A program made the translations under genes and the position numbers. This document shows positions 56,060-64,000 of a DNA stretch of 64,000 nt, piece after piece. The stretch is taken from contig JAVJSW010000046.1 of assembly GCA_040219255.1 (NCBI GenBank), forward strand, positions 96,001 to 160,000. The letters run 5' to 3'. The stretch comes from Sumerlaeia bacterium. Lineage in GTDB: Bacteria > Sumerlaeota > Sumerlaeia > SLMS01 > JAHLLQ01. The notes under the pieces are model-generated. The model was given only the letters and a program-made list of their open reading frames with translations. It was not told the origin of the DNA and searched no databases. The stretch's first letter is position 1. Every line of letters begins with the position of its first letter.

Positions 56060-57991
56060 TTAGTCCTTGTTCGCCTTTTTCTGGGCTTGCTGGATCATTT
56101 CGCCGAGGTTCAGGCCGGTGCCTTCCGATTCTTTCTCCGCCTGCTTCATGTAGGCTTTGATGTTCTCGCGTTCGGCATGCTTGATGGCGGCTTTGCGCGA
56201 CAGGCTGATCTTGCCCTTCTTCTTCTCGATCTTGGTGATCTTGACCTGGACTTCCTCACCCACGGTCAGGACCTTCTCCGGCAGCTCGACGCGCTTCTCG
56301 TCGATCTGGCTGATGTGGATCAATCCTTCGACGCCAGGGGTCAGCTCCACGAACGCGCCGAAGGGCGCGAAGCGGGTCACTTTGCCGGTGACGACCGAGC
56401 CTTCCGGATGATCGTCCAGGTAGGCGGAGATCGGCGACTTGGTCATCTGCTTGACGCCAAGGCTGATCCGCCGGGCCTTCATGTCCACAGCGAGGACCTT
56501 GGCTTCGACTTCCTGGCCCACCTTAAGAATTTCCTTCGGGTGGTTGATGTGCGTGTCCCAGGACAGGTGCGAGACGTGCACCATGCCTTCGACGTACTCG
56601 TCGAGGCGGACGAAGGCACCGTAGTTCGTCAGCGAGGTGACCTCGCCCTTTACGACGCTGCCCTTGGGGAACTTCTCGTTCACCTTTTCCCACGGATCGC
56701 CCATGATCTGCTTCAGGCCAAGCGACATGCGGCGCCGTTCGTGGTCGAGTTCGAGGACCTGCGAAGTCACCGTTTCGCCGATGGCGACGAAGTCGTGAGG
56801 CTTCTTGCTGCCCGGGGCCCAGCTCATGTCCGAGGCGTGGATCATGCCGGTGACGCCCTCTTCGAGGTGAACGAAGGCGCCGTAGCTCTGGATGGCGATG
56901 ACTTCGCCCTGGACGATGGCGCCGATGGGATAGCGGCCGTCGATGTCTTCCCACGGGTCGGTGGAGAGGCGCTTGCGCGACAGGGTGACTTTGCCCTGAT
57001 CCATGTCGATCTTGATGATCTTGAACTCGCACTCCATCCCCTTCTTGAGGATGTCGGAGGGCGGGGTGCCGCGATCGTAGGAGATTTCCTCACGTGGCAC
57101 GAACCCGTCGATCACGCCGAGGTCGATGAACGCGCCGAAGTCCACCGTGTTCTTCACCTTGCCCATGATCATCTGATCGACGGCGAGGCCGGAGAGGAAC
57201 TCTTGGCGTTTGGATTCACGCTTCTCGAAGAGCATGCGGCGGCGCGAGAGGACGGCGCGCTTGCGGCGCGGGTCGAACTCGATGACGAGCGCTTCGATTT
57301 CCTGGCCCACAAGGCTGTTCAGGTCCGGGATCTTGAACAGGTCCACCTGGCTGGCCGGCATGAAAGCGGGCAATCCGATATCCACCATGAGGCCGCCCTT
57401 GACCGTCTGGGTGATGAGACCCTTGACCGAACGTCCCTCTTCCTTGGCGAGGCGAATGGCGTCCTCGCTTTCGCGGACGCGGGCTTCGCGGTGCGAGAGG
57501 CGGGGAGTGCCATCGGCCGAGCGGCCCACATGGACAGCTTTGATGACATCGCCGATTTTGACGTTGGGCTGGCCGTCGATCTGGGGGAAATCGCTGGCGG
57601 GAATGCGAGCCTCCGCCTTGCCGCCGAAGTCCACCAGGACCACGTCGGAGGAGACGGAAACGACCGGCACCTCGATGATTTCGCCGCGGGGCGCCTCCTC
57701 CGCCGCACCGGGCAGGTGCATGTCGAGCAGTTGGTCGAACTGCTCGATTTCGGATTGGAGGTCGGCCTCGTCGTCTTCCTCGTCCTCGGGGTTGGCGGGA
57801 TACTCCTCGGCGGGAGAGGGGGCCGCGGGTGAGGGCGAGGGCTGGGCGGCGGCTTGGGGTGCGGCGTTGCCTTCAGGCCCCGGGGTCTGCGCGGTGTCTT
57901 GAGCCTGGTCTTCGACGGCGGACGTGATGCCGGCGTCGTTGACCTCTTGGGGCTCTTGCTCGCCCTGGGGGTGGCTCGGTTCAGGGTTCAT
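56060..57991 (-). CDS. rpsA: 30S ribosomal protein S1 with acidic N-terminal extension
   Basis: Multiple S1 repeats (FGAFIDLG, YGAFVHL, YGAFVRL, FGAFVEL; GL/MIH.S; SLG.KQ...DPW). Confidence 0.96.
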   Translation of the reverse strand: MNPEPSHPQGEQEPQEVNDAGITSAVEDQAQDTAQTPGPEGNAAPQAAAQPSPSPAAPSPAEEYPANPEDEEDDEADLQSEIEQFDQLLDMHLPGAAEEAPRGEIIEVPVVSVSSDVVLVDFGGKAEARIPASDFPQIDGQPNVKIGDVIKAVHVGRSADGTPRLSHREARVRESEDAIRLAKEEGRSVKGLITQTVKGGLMVDIGLPAFMPASQVDLFKIPDLNSLVGQEIEALVIEFDPRRKRAVLSRRRMLFEKRESKRQEFLSGLAVDQMIMGKVKNTVDFGAFIDLGVIDGFVPREEISYDRGTPPSDILKKGMECEFKIIKIDMDQGKVTLSRKRLSTDPWEDIDGRYPIGAIVQGEVIAIQSYGAFVHLEEGVTGMIHASDMSWAPGSKKPHDFVAIGETVTSQVLELDHERRRMSLGLKQIMGDPWEKVNEKFPKGSVVKGEVTSLTNYGAFVRLDEYVEGMVHVSHLSWDTHINHPKEILKVGQEVEAKVLAVDMKARRISLGVKQMTKSPISAYLDDHPEGSVVTGKVTRFAPFGAFVELTPGVEGLIHISQIDEKRVELPEKVLTVGEEVQVKITKIEKKKGKISLSRKAAIKHAERENIKAYMKQAEKESEGTGLNLGEMIQQAQKKANKD

Positions 57992-58083
57992 GGTGAAGCG
58001 GATCTCCTGATGTCTTCCTCAAAAAAAAATGTCTGCGGGATTCGAAGGACGCGTCCACAGGCGCGCATGCGGACGCCCCGGAA

Positions 58084-58782
58084 TCATAGCGCGGAAAGCC
58101 TGGAAAGCATTTCGTCAGCCAAAGCGCGATACAAGGACTTTTTTTCAGCCGGTAACCCCTGCAAATCATTTACCCGGAAGGGCTTTCCGATCGTTACGCT
58201 GATCTTGGCGGGGCGCGGGACCGCGGCGCCCTTCGGCAGAGCCTTCTCGCTGCCCCGGATTCGCACCGGAACGATCGTCGTCTCAGGGTTCGACAGCGCC
58301 AGCATGGCCACGCCCGGGGTGAATTCCCGGATCGTCACGCCATCGCCCCGCGTGCCTTCGGGAAAAATCAAGACGCCTTGGCCCTGATCCAGATAGTTCA
58401 TCGCGCGGCGCATCGCCGCCCGGTCTGCACCGCCGCGCTTCACCGGAAAGGCCCCGATGCCGCCCAGAAAATGGCCGAACAGGTTGTCCTTGTCGTCCTT
58501 GCCGAAAAGTTCGCGCTTCGCCATATAGCGGATGAAACGGCGGATGCGCGTCCCCACCAGCGGCGGGTCGTAAAGACTCAGGTGGTTCGCGTAGAGCAGC
58601 ACCGGCCCTTCCTTCGGGACGTTTTCCGCCCCGGTGGTCGAGCAGCGATTGTAGAGATTGTAGAGCAGCCACGCGACGGACTTGGTCAGCGCCGCGCAGA
58701 CCCGGCCGCGAAGGCTGAGAAACTGGCGGTTGTAGGGATCATCGACAGGAGCCGGGATGGCGGTGGCGGGTTCTTCGGCCAT
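58084..58782 (-). CDS. plsC: 1-acyl-sn-glycerol-3-phosphate acyltransferase
   Basis: NHLSLYD (HX4D), MAKRELF, GAFPVKRG, IFPEGTR. Confidence 0.92.
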   Translation of the reverse strand: MAEEPATAIPAPVDDPYNRQFLSLRGRVCAALTKSVAWLLYNLYNRCSTTGAENVPKEGPVLLYANHLSLYDPPLVGTRIRRFIRYMAKRELFGKDDKDNLFGHFLGGIGAFPVKRGGADRAAMRRAMNYLDQGQGVLIFPEGTRGDGVTIREFTPGVAMLALSNPETTIVPVRIRGSEKALPKGAAVPRPAKISVTIGKPFRVNDLQGLPAEKKSLYRALADEMLSRLSAL

Positions 58783-58881
58783 GAGTCGCTTCTCGTCGTG
58801 GAGCACGGGAGGTGGGATCGGCTTCCCCTCTGCGGGGAGGGACTCTTGGCCCAAGATCACGGGGCGGCGCAAGAGCTGTCG

Positions 58882-61677
58882 CTACTCGAAAGCCTCCCAG
58901 TCTGTCACCGAGCTGGTTTGGAAGCCCATGAACTTCTTGCACTTCAGCTCCGTCTCCGTCGCCAGCGTGTTGCCCTGACTGTCCGTTACCGTCTGGGAAA
59001 CGGTCAGGATATAGCTCTGGCCAGGGTTTTGAGGCGCCGTGGTCAAGACCACGCTGTCGCCCGCGATCCCGTCGACACTCAACACATCGACCGTGGCAGG
59101 GCCTTTCGAGCCCTTGATGGAGGCGACGATGGAGAAGGCGTCCGGATTGAGCACGGAGCCGGGGCCGCCTTGCGCCATCGCGGAGTCGAAGGTGACGCGC
59201 ACTTCCGTCGGGGAAAGCGCAACGGCATCCAGGAGCGTGGGGACATTGAGCACTTCCACGGTCAGATCGTGGCTTGTGGAGGCGGCGGGCGAGCCGTCGT
59301 CCGTGGCCGTCACCGTGAGCAGCCAGGAGCCCTGGGAGTGGAAATCGGGAGCGAGCGCCATACTCGCGGTCGCCGGATTTCCGGCGGAGGCTCCGCCGAT
59401 GGAAGCGAAGTCCGGCGCCCCGGTGGTCGAAAACGTCAGTTGCTCGGGCAGGTTGCCGTCGCTGGCGGAAAGCAGCGTCTCCGTCGTCTCGCCTTCCTTC
59501 AACGTCAGCGACGCGGGAAGCGCGTTCAGCACGGGAGCGAGGTTGTTCACGAAGACGGCGTTGGACAGGGTCGCACTCTGTCCGTCCGGATTGGAAACAA
59601 TCATGTCATAGAAGCCGGAGCGCACGCCCGTCAGGTCCGCTTCGCCGGCGAGCAGGCGCGGGGAGCCCGCCTCGCCCTCGCAGAGAATGACGTCGCCGCT
59701 GACGCTATGCACCAGGGTGACTTGAGCCCCGAGCTGAAAGCCGCCGCCGCTGGCTTCGATGACCGCTTTCCCGTTGGGATCGTAAGAGGGAGCGACGGCG
59801 GGAGGCAGAGACGGCGCGGGCGCGGCGGCGTCCTCTTGGCCAGAGACGATCAGCGAAAACCACTGCTCGCCATAGGCCAGGGTGCCTTTGTGGCTGACCT
59901 GGATCGTGTAGGCGCCCGCTGGCGCGGAGAGGGCCGCGATGCGGACTTGTTCCACGTTATCGACGACGTTATCGCCAGTCGTGGCCAGGGCCCCAGGGTC
60001 GCTCTTGTCGAGGCGATAGGGATAGTAGGTGGTGGAGCCGGGGCCCACGATGCGCAAGTCCAGGTCGTGGACGAGAGCCGGAGTGGGGTTGTCCACCATG
60101 GTCATGAGCTTGGGCGAGGGCGGATCGGTCCAGACGATGGTTGCCCGCAGTTCGGAGGTCCCATCCCAGTCCACCGCGAAGGCGCTCTGCGGATTGGCGG
60201 GCTCCAGCAAGTCCTCCACAATGCCGTTCGCCCCGGGAGAGAGGCTGAAGCTGGTTACCTGATCCAGCGCGTTGATGGCGTCCACGTGTCCCCAACCGGA
60301 TTTGTAGTCGGGGCCGGCATTGCCGACGTCGTAGGCGCTGTGGAGAAGGATCGCTTTGAGAGTGCTGGCGCGAACCCATGTGCCATCGAGCAGCTCTTCG
60401 ATTTTTTGCAGCACCAGCATGGCCACACCGGCCACGCTGGGAGAGGAAAACGACGTGCCGTTGGACGTGCCGGAGGAATAGGACGCGTCGTCGATCGCGA
60501 CCGCGAGGACCACCTTGTAGCCGTTGGCCGTGATGTCGGGTTTGATGCGCCCGTCGTCGACCGGCCCCCAGCCGGAGAAGCTTGTGAAGGCGGCGGCGGA
60601 GAAATCGCGCTCGCCGGCCGTCACCGCATCGGTCATGGCGCCGACGGCGAGGATGTTCTTGGCGCTCGCCTCCTCGATCAAAGTGTCCCAGTTGTTGTCG
60701 TACTTGTCGTCGTAAGGGGCCTCGCCCACCACGTAGGGTTCGGGACCGGTCCATTGGGTCCCATTCCAGTAGAAGAAGGTGCCGGTGCTCTTGCTGCCCT
60801 TGTAGTTGTCGCTGCGGTCGTTACCCGCCGAGCGCACGTGGAGATAGTATGGCGCTTCGTATGCCAGGGTGTCCCAGAAGACCGAATTGTCGCCGTAGCC
60901 GCCGAAACCCATGTCTTCGCGATTGCCGGCGCCGCCCGGCAGCCAGCCTTCGCCGACCCAGTACCAGCCATAGCCGCCGCCGAGATTCGTCTGAGTCGTG
61001 ATCCAGCCGCGGAAGTCGCCGTAGGAGTGGTTCGAAACCCTGAGCTTCATCGTGTCGGTGGTCGAGGTGGCGGCGTTGGCGAGAGCCTCGGGTTCGTCGA
61101 AATCGTAGCAGAAGCTGCGGAGCAGGCCCTGCGGCGCCATGCCGAGAGCGGCGCTGTTGGCTCCGGCGGCGATCATGACGCCCGCGGTCGCCGTGGCGTG
61201 GTGGCCCGGCATGGTGATGGAGTCGCCGAGGGTCACGCGAACGCCAGACGGCCCGGCGAATTCCTGATGCGTCAGCAGGGGCACATACTGATCCCAATGG
61301 CCCCCGATGATTCCTTCCCCTTGCGCATGATACGGCGCCTGGTGGACGAGGTTGGCCCCGGCGGAAATGGCGACGTTCGCCGAGAGGGGTTGATAGAAAA
61401 CCGGTTTGCCGGTGGGGGAGAGCCGCTGGAGGTCGGCCCGCACCTGAAGGCCGCCATAGTCGAGGTAGGCGGTGGCGGGGAGGACGTTATTTTTCGTGCG
61501 GCGGTGGGCGGCTTTCGTCAGTTCGATGCTTTGGGCGGCCAGTTCGGCGGCCGAGGGAGACGGGGATCTGGACAATCCGGAGACAGGTAAGCCGAGAATT
61601 GTTAGGAGAATGCAGGTGCCTTCAATGGAATGGGAAGCCAATCTCGCAACCGGAGACTTCGTGATGGCTTGTGACAT
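58882..61677 (-). CDS. Secreted S8 (subtilase) serine peptidase with C-terminal Ig/cadherin-like domains
   Basis: Triad: HWD, HATATAG, GTSFSSPSVAG; SAGND oxyanion Asn; SAKN...VGA; GP.DDGRIKPD; TIVWTD..DLDL beta-domain; start uncertain. Confidence 0.9.
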   Translation of the reverse strand: MSQAITKSPVARLASHSIEGTCILLTILGLPVSGLSRSPSPSAAELAAQSIELTKAAHRRTKNNVLPATAYLDYGGLQVRADLQRLSPTGKPVFYQPLSANVAISAGANLVHQAPYHAQGEGIIGGHWDQYVPLLTHQEFAGPSGVRVTLGDSITMPGHHATATAGVMIAAGANSAALGMAPQGLLRSFCYDFDEPEALANAATSTTDTMKLRVSNHSYGDFRGWITTQTNLGGGYGWYWVGEGWLPGGAGNREDMGFGGYGDNSVFWDTLAYEAPYYLHVRSAGNDRSDNYKGSKSTGTFFYWNGTQWTGPEPYVVGEAPYDDKYDNNWDTLIEEASAKNILAVGAMTDAVTAGERDFSAAAFTSFSGWGPVDDGRIKPDITANGYKVVLAVAIDDASYSSGTSNGTSFSSPSVAGVAMLVLQKIEELLDGTWVRASTLKAILLHSAYDVGNAGPDYKSGWGHVDAINALDQVTSFSLSPGANGIVEDLLEPANPQSAFAVDWDGTSELRATIVWTDPPSPKLMTMVDNPTPALVHDLDLRIVGPGSTTYYPYRLDKSDPGALATTGDNVVDNVEQVRIAALSAPAGAYTIQVSHKGTLAYGEQWFSLIVSGQEDAAAPAPSLPPAVAPSYDPNGKAVIEASGGGFQLGAQVTLVHSVSGDVILCEGEAGSPRLLAGEADLTGVRSGFYDMIVSNPDGQSATLSNAVFVNNLAPVLNALPASLTLKEGETTETLLSASDGNLPEQLTFSTTGAPDFASIGGASAGNPATASMALAPDFHSQGSWLLTVTATDDGSPAASTSHDLTVEVLNVPTLLDAVALSPTEVRVTFDSAMAQGGPGSVLNPDAFSIVASIKGSKGPATVDVLSVDGIAGDSVVLTTAPQNPGQSYILTVSQTVTDSQGNTLATETELKCKKFMGFQTSSVTDWEAFE

Positions 61678-61774
61678 GATGAGTTTAACCCCTCATCTTC
61701 TTTTTCGAGCGATACGCCTACGTGGCGGAGACAAAACTTACAAGTGTAAAACGGAGGCATGAGCGAAAAATCGT

Positions 61775-63124
61775 ATGTCAACTATCTCAAATATCCCATC
61801 TGATTCGAATTTAGACCGGGCTCGAAAATTCGTCGATAAAGACGCCGCCGTGGCTGTTATTGGACTCGGGTACATCGGCTTGCCGCTGGCCATTCTGTTC
61901 CATTCCGCCGGGTTCGACGTCGTTGGCGTGGATACCGACCCAGCAAAAATCGTGGCTCTCAACGCCGGCCGTTCCTACATCCAGTACATTCCAAATGAGC
62001 CACTCCAACGCCTCGCTCAATCGGAAAAGTTTACTCCGACACCGGATCATCGTCAAGTCTCCCGCTGCGACGCGATCATCCTGTGTGTACCGACGCCGCT
62101 GACGCCCAACCGCGAGCCCGATCTGCGGTTCATCACTCAGACCGCGGAGGCCATCGCCCCCCATCTCAAGCGCGGCGCCCTCGTCTCCCTCGAATCGACC
62201 ACTTATCCCGGAACCACCGACGACGTGCTGATCCCGATTCTGGAGAAGGGCAGCGGCATGAAAGCCGGCGTGGACTTCCTGGTGGCCTACTCACCCGAGC
62301 GCGAGGATCCCAACAACCCGGACTTCTCCACCTCGCGCATTCCCAAGGTCGTCGGCGCCCTGAACGAGGAAAGCCTCGCCGCCGCCTGCGCCCTCTACTC
62401 CGCCGTCGTCGAACGCGTCGTACCCGTCTCGTCCTGCGCCACGGCGGAAGCCGCCAAACTGGTCGAGAACATTTTCCGCAGCGTCAACATCGCCATGGTG
62501 AACGAACTCAAGCTGGTCTTCGAGCGCCTGGGCATCGACATCTGGGAAGTGATCGACGCGGCCAAGACCAAGCCTTTCGGCTACATGCCGTTCTATCCCG
62601 GGCCGGGTCTGGGCGGGCATTGCATCCCCATCGATCCGTTTTATCTGACTTGGAAAGCCCGCGAGGTCGATCTGCCGACGAAGTTCATCGAACTGGCCGG
62701 CGAGATCAATTCGACCATGCCCTACTATGTGGTCCAGCGCACCGCCGACGCCCTCAACACGATGAGCAAGCCGCTCAAGGGCAGCCGGATTCTCCTGGTG
62801 GGCATCGCCTACAAGAAGGACGTGGACGACGTGCGGGAGAGCCCGGGGCTGAAACTGATCGAACTCTTCGAGGAGAAGGGCGCCCTGGTGGACTTTCACG
62901 ACCCGCATGTGCCGGCCATTCCGCCGACGCGGCGGCACGCGGCGCTCACCGGCCGGGAAAGCGTTTCCTTGGATGAGGCGTCCGGCGCGGACGCAGTGGT
63001 GATCTGCACCAACCACAGCCGCATCGATTATGGGAAGTTGGCCAATGACGCGGTTTTGATCGTGGACACCAGGAACGCGCTTGCGGGCGTTGGGAAGGCT
63101 CGGTCAAAGGTCTGGAAAGCCTGA
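61775..63124 (+). CDS. Nucleotide-sugar dehydrogenase (UDP-GlcNAc/UDP-ManNAc 6-dehydrogenase, WbpA/WecC family)
   Basis: GLGYIGLPLA, CVPTP, ESTTYPGTT, SPEREDP, KL.EN.FR.VNIA, GPGLGGHCIP.DP, YK.DVDD.RESP. Confidence 0.94.
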   Translation: MSTISNIPSDSNLDRARKFVDKDAAVAVIGLGYIGLPLAILFHSAGFDVVGVDTDPAKIVALNAGRSYIQYIPNEPLQRLAQSEKFTPTPDHRQVSRCDAIILCVPTPLTPNREPDLRFITQTAEAIAPHLKRGALVSLESTTYPGTTDDVLIPILEKGSGMKAGVDFLVAYSPEREDPNNPDFSTSRIPKVVGALNEESLAAACALYSAVVERVVPVSSCATAEAAKLVENIFRSVNIAMVNELKLVFERLGIDIWEVIDAAKTKPFGYMPFYPGPGLGGHCIPIDPFYLTWKAREVDLPTKFIELAGEINSTMPYYVVQRTADALNTMSKPLKGSRILLVGIAYKKDVDDVRESPGLKLIELFEEKGALVDFHDPHVPAIPPTRRHAALTGRESVSLDEASGADAVVICTNHSRIDYGKLANDAVLIVDTRNALAGVGKARSKVWKA

Positions 63125-63200
63125 ACGCACGCGTTCCACGCGGCCCGCAGGTGGCCGGCGCGTTCGGCGAACTCGATCAGGAGCAGACCGACAGACTGCT

Positions 63201-64000
63201 ATGAACATTCTCGTTACCGGTGCCGCGGGTTTCATCGGCTACCACCTCTGCGAAGCCTTGCTGGCCGAGGGCCATCGCGTCGTGGGCGTCGATTCCTTCA
63301 ACGACTACTACGCTCCGCTGCTGAAAACCCGGCGCCACGCCCAGCTCGAAGGCCGCGACGGCTACCGCGGGGTGAAGCTGGACGTGGCGGAGTACGAGCC
63401 GCTGCGGGCGCTGGTGCGGGATGAGAGCATCGAACTGATCTGCCACCTGGCCGCCCAGGCCGGCGTGCGCTATTCCCTGGAAAACCCCTTCGCCTACCAG
63501 CAGGCCAACCTCCAGGGCTTCCTCAACATCCTGGAAACCTGCCGCCATGAAGGCATCGAGCGCCTCGTCTATGCCTCCAGTTCGAGCGTCTACGGCGGGA
63601 ACGAAAAGCTGCCCTTCAGCGAAACCGACGACGTTGGCCGGCCCGTCAGCCTCTACGCCGCCACCAAACGCAGCAACGAACTGATGGCCCACTGCTACAC
63701 GCACCTTTACAAATTCCAGACGGTGGGCCTGCGATTCTTCACAGTCTACGGGCCCTGGGGCCGGCCCGACATGGCCTATTGGCTCTTTACCGAGGCGATC
63801 AGCGACGGCCGGCCGATCTCGGTCTTCAACCACGGCAAGATGATGCGCGACTTCACTTATGTGGACGACATCGTGGCGGGCGTGAAGGCGAGTCTGTTCG
63901 CCGGCTCGCTCGACAGGCACGAAATTCTCAACCTGGGCAACCACCAGAGTGAGCCGCTGCCGGAACTCATCGAAGCGATCGCGGCGGAATTGGGAGTTGA
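63201..64000 (+). CDS. NAD-dependent epimerase (UDP-glucuronate 4-epimerase-like), 3'-truncated by window edge
   Basis: MNILVTGAAGFIGYH, HLAAQAGVRYSLENP, YASSSSVYG, SLYAATK, RFFTVYGPWGRPDMA; read directly from sequence (absent from ORF track because no stop in window). Confidence 0.93.
   Translation, partial: MNILVTGAAGFIGYHLCEALLAEGHRVVGVDSFNDYYAPLLKTRRHAQLEGRDGYRGVKLDVAEYEPLRALVRDESIELICHLAAQAGVRYSLENPFAYQQANLQGFLNILETCRHEGIERLVYASSSSVYGGNEKLPFSETDDVGRPVSLYAATKRSNELMAHCYTHLYKFQTVGLRFFTVYGPWGRPDMAYWLFTEAISDGRPISVFNHGKMMRDFTYVDDIVAGVKASLFAGSLDRHEILNLGNHQSEPLPELIEAIAAELGV

Noticed and set aside
58378-61590. 1070-aa plus-strand ORF
   Set aside because: Antisense shadow of the S8 peptidase and plsC; no motifs; expected from GC-rich codon bias

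Overview
A 64-kb window from a GC-rich diderm bacterium (LptF/G permease, mDAP-type MurE), mostly core genome. Lineage cannot be established from sequence alone; the C-terminal tail of the secreted subtilase is reminiscent of Ca. Sumerlaeota/BRC1 proteins (tentative). Gene order: end of a Zn/Mn ABC transporter operon; GT4 glycosyltransferase plus small HicB-like ORF; dcw cluster mraZ-rsmH-ftsL-[~640 bp structured non-coding insert]-ftsI-murE-murF-mraY-murD-ftsW-murG-murC-murB-ftsQ-ftsA, lacking ddl and ftsZ; two tandem membrane-anchored Ser/Thr pseudokinases; GH15 hydrolase; two GT-C membrane glycosyltransferases; RsbU/V/W partner-switching module plus histidine kinase; nucleotide-sugar enzymes; glyA; YwlE-type phosphatase; rpsF-ssb-rpsR-rplI; tig-clpP-clpP; secreted tandem-CBM48/thioredoxin-fold protein; pilT; an inverted-repeat-bracketed GxxExxY cassette; M20 peptidase; yggS; rpsA; plsC; large S8 protease; start of a polysaccharide-precursor operon. 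Most interesting: (1) a ~375-nt nested structured element with 20 TCC/GGA motifs and a candidate antisense promoter inside the dcw operon; (2) the IR-flanked GxxExxY gene plus an ORF-less IR element of similar design; (3) the pseudokinase pair sitting where ftsZ normally is; (4) an apparently inactivated type IIG restriction-modification-like protein; (5) a possible C-terminal sorting motif. No rRNA, tRNA, CRISPR array or transposase was recognised. All calls come from manual motif recognition; no database searches were run.
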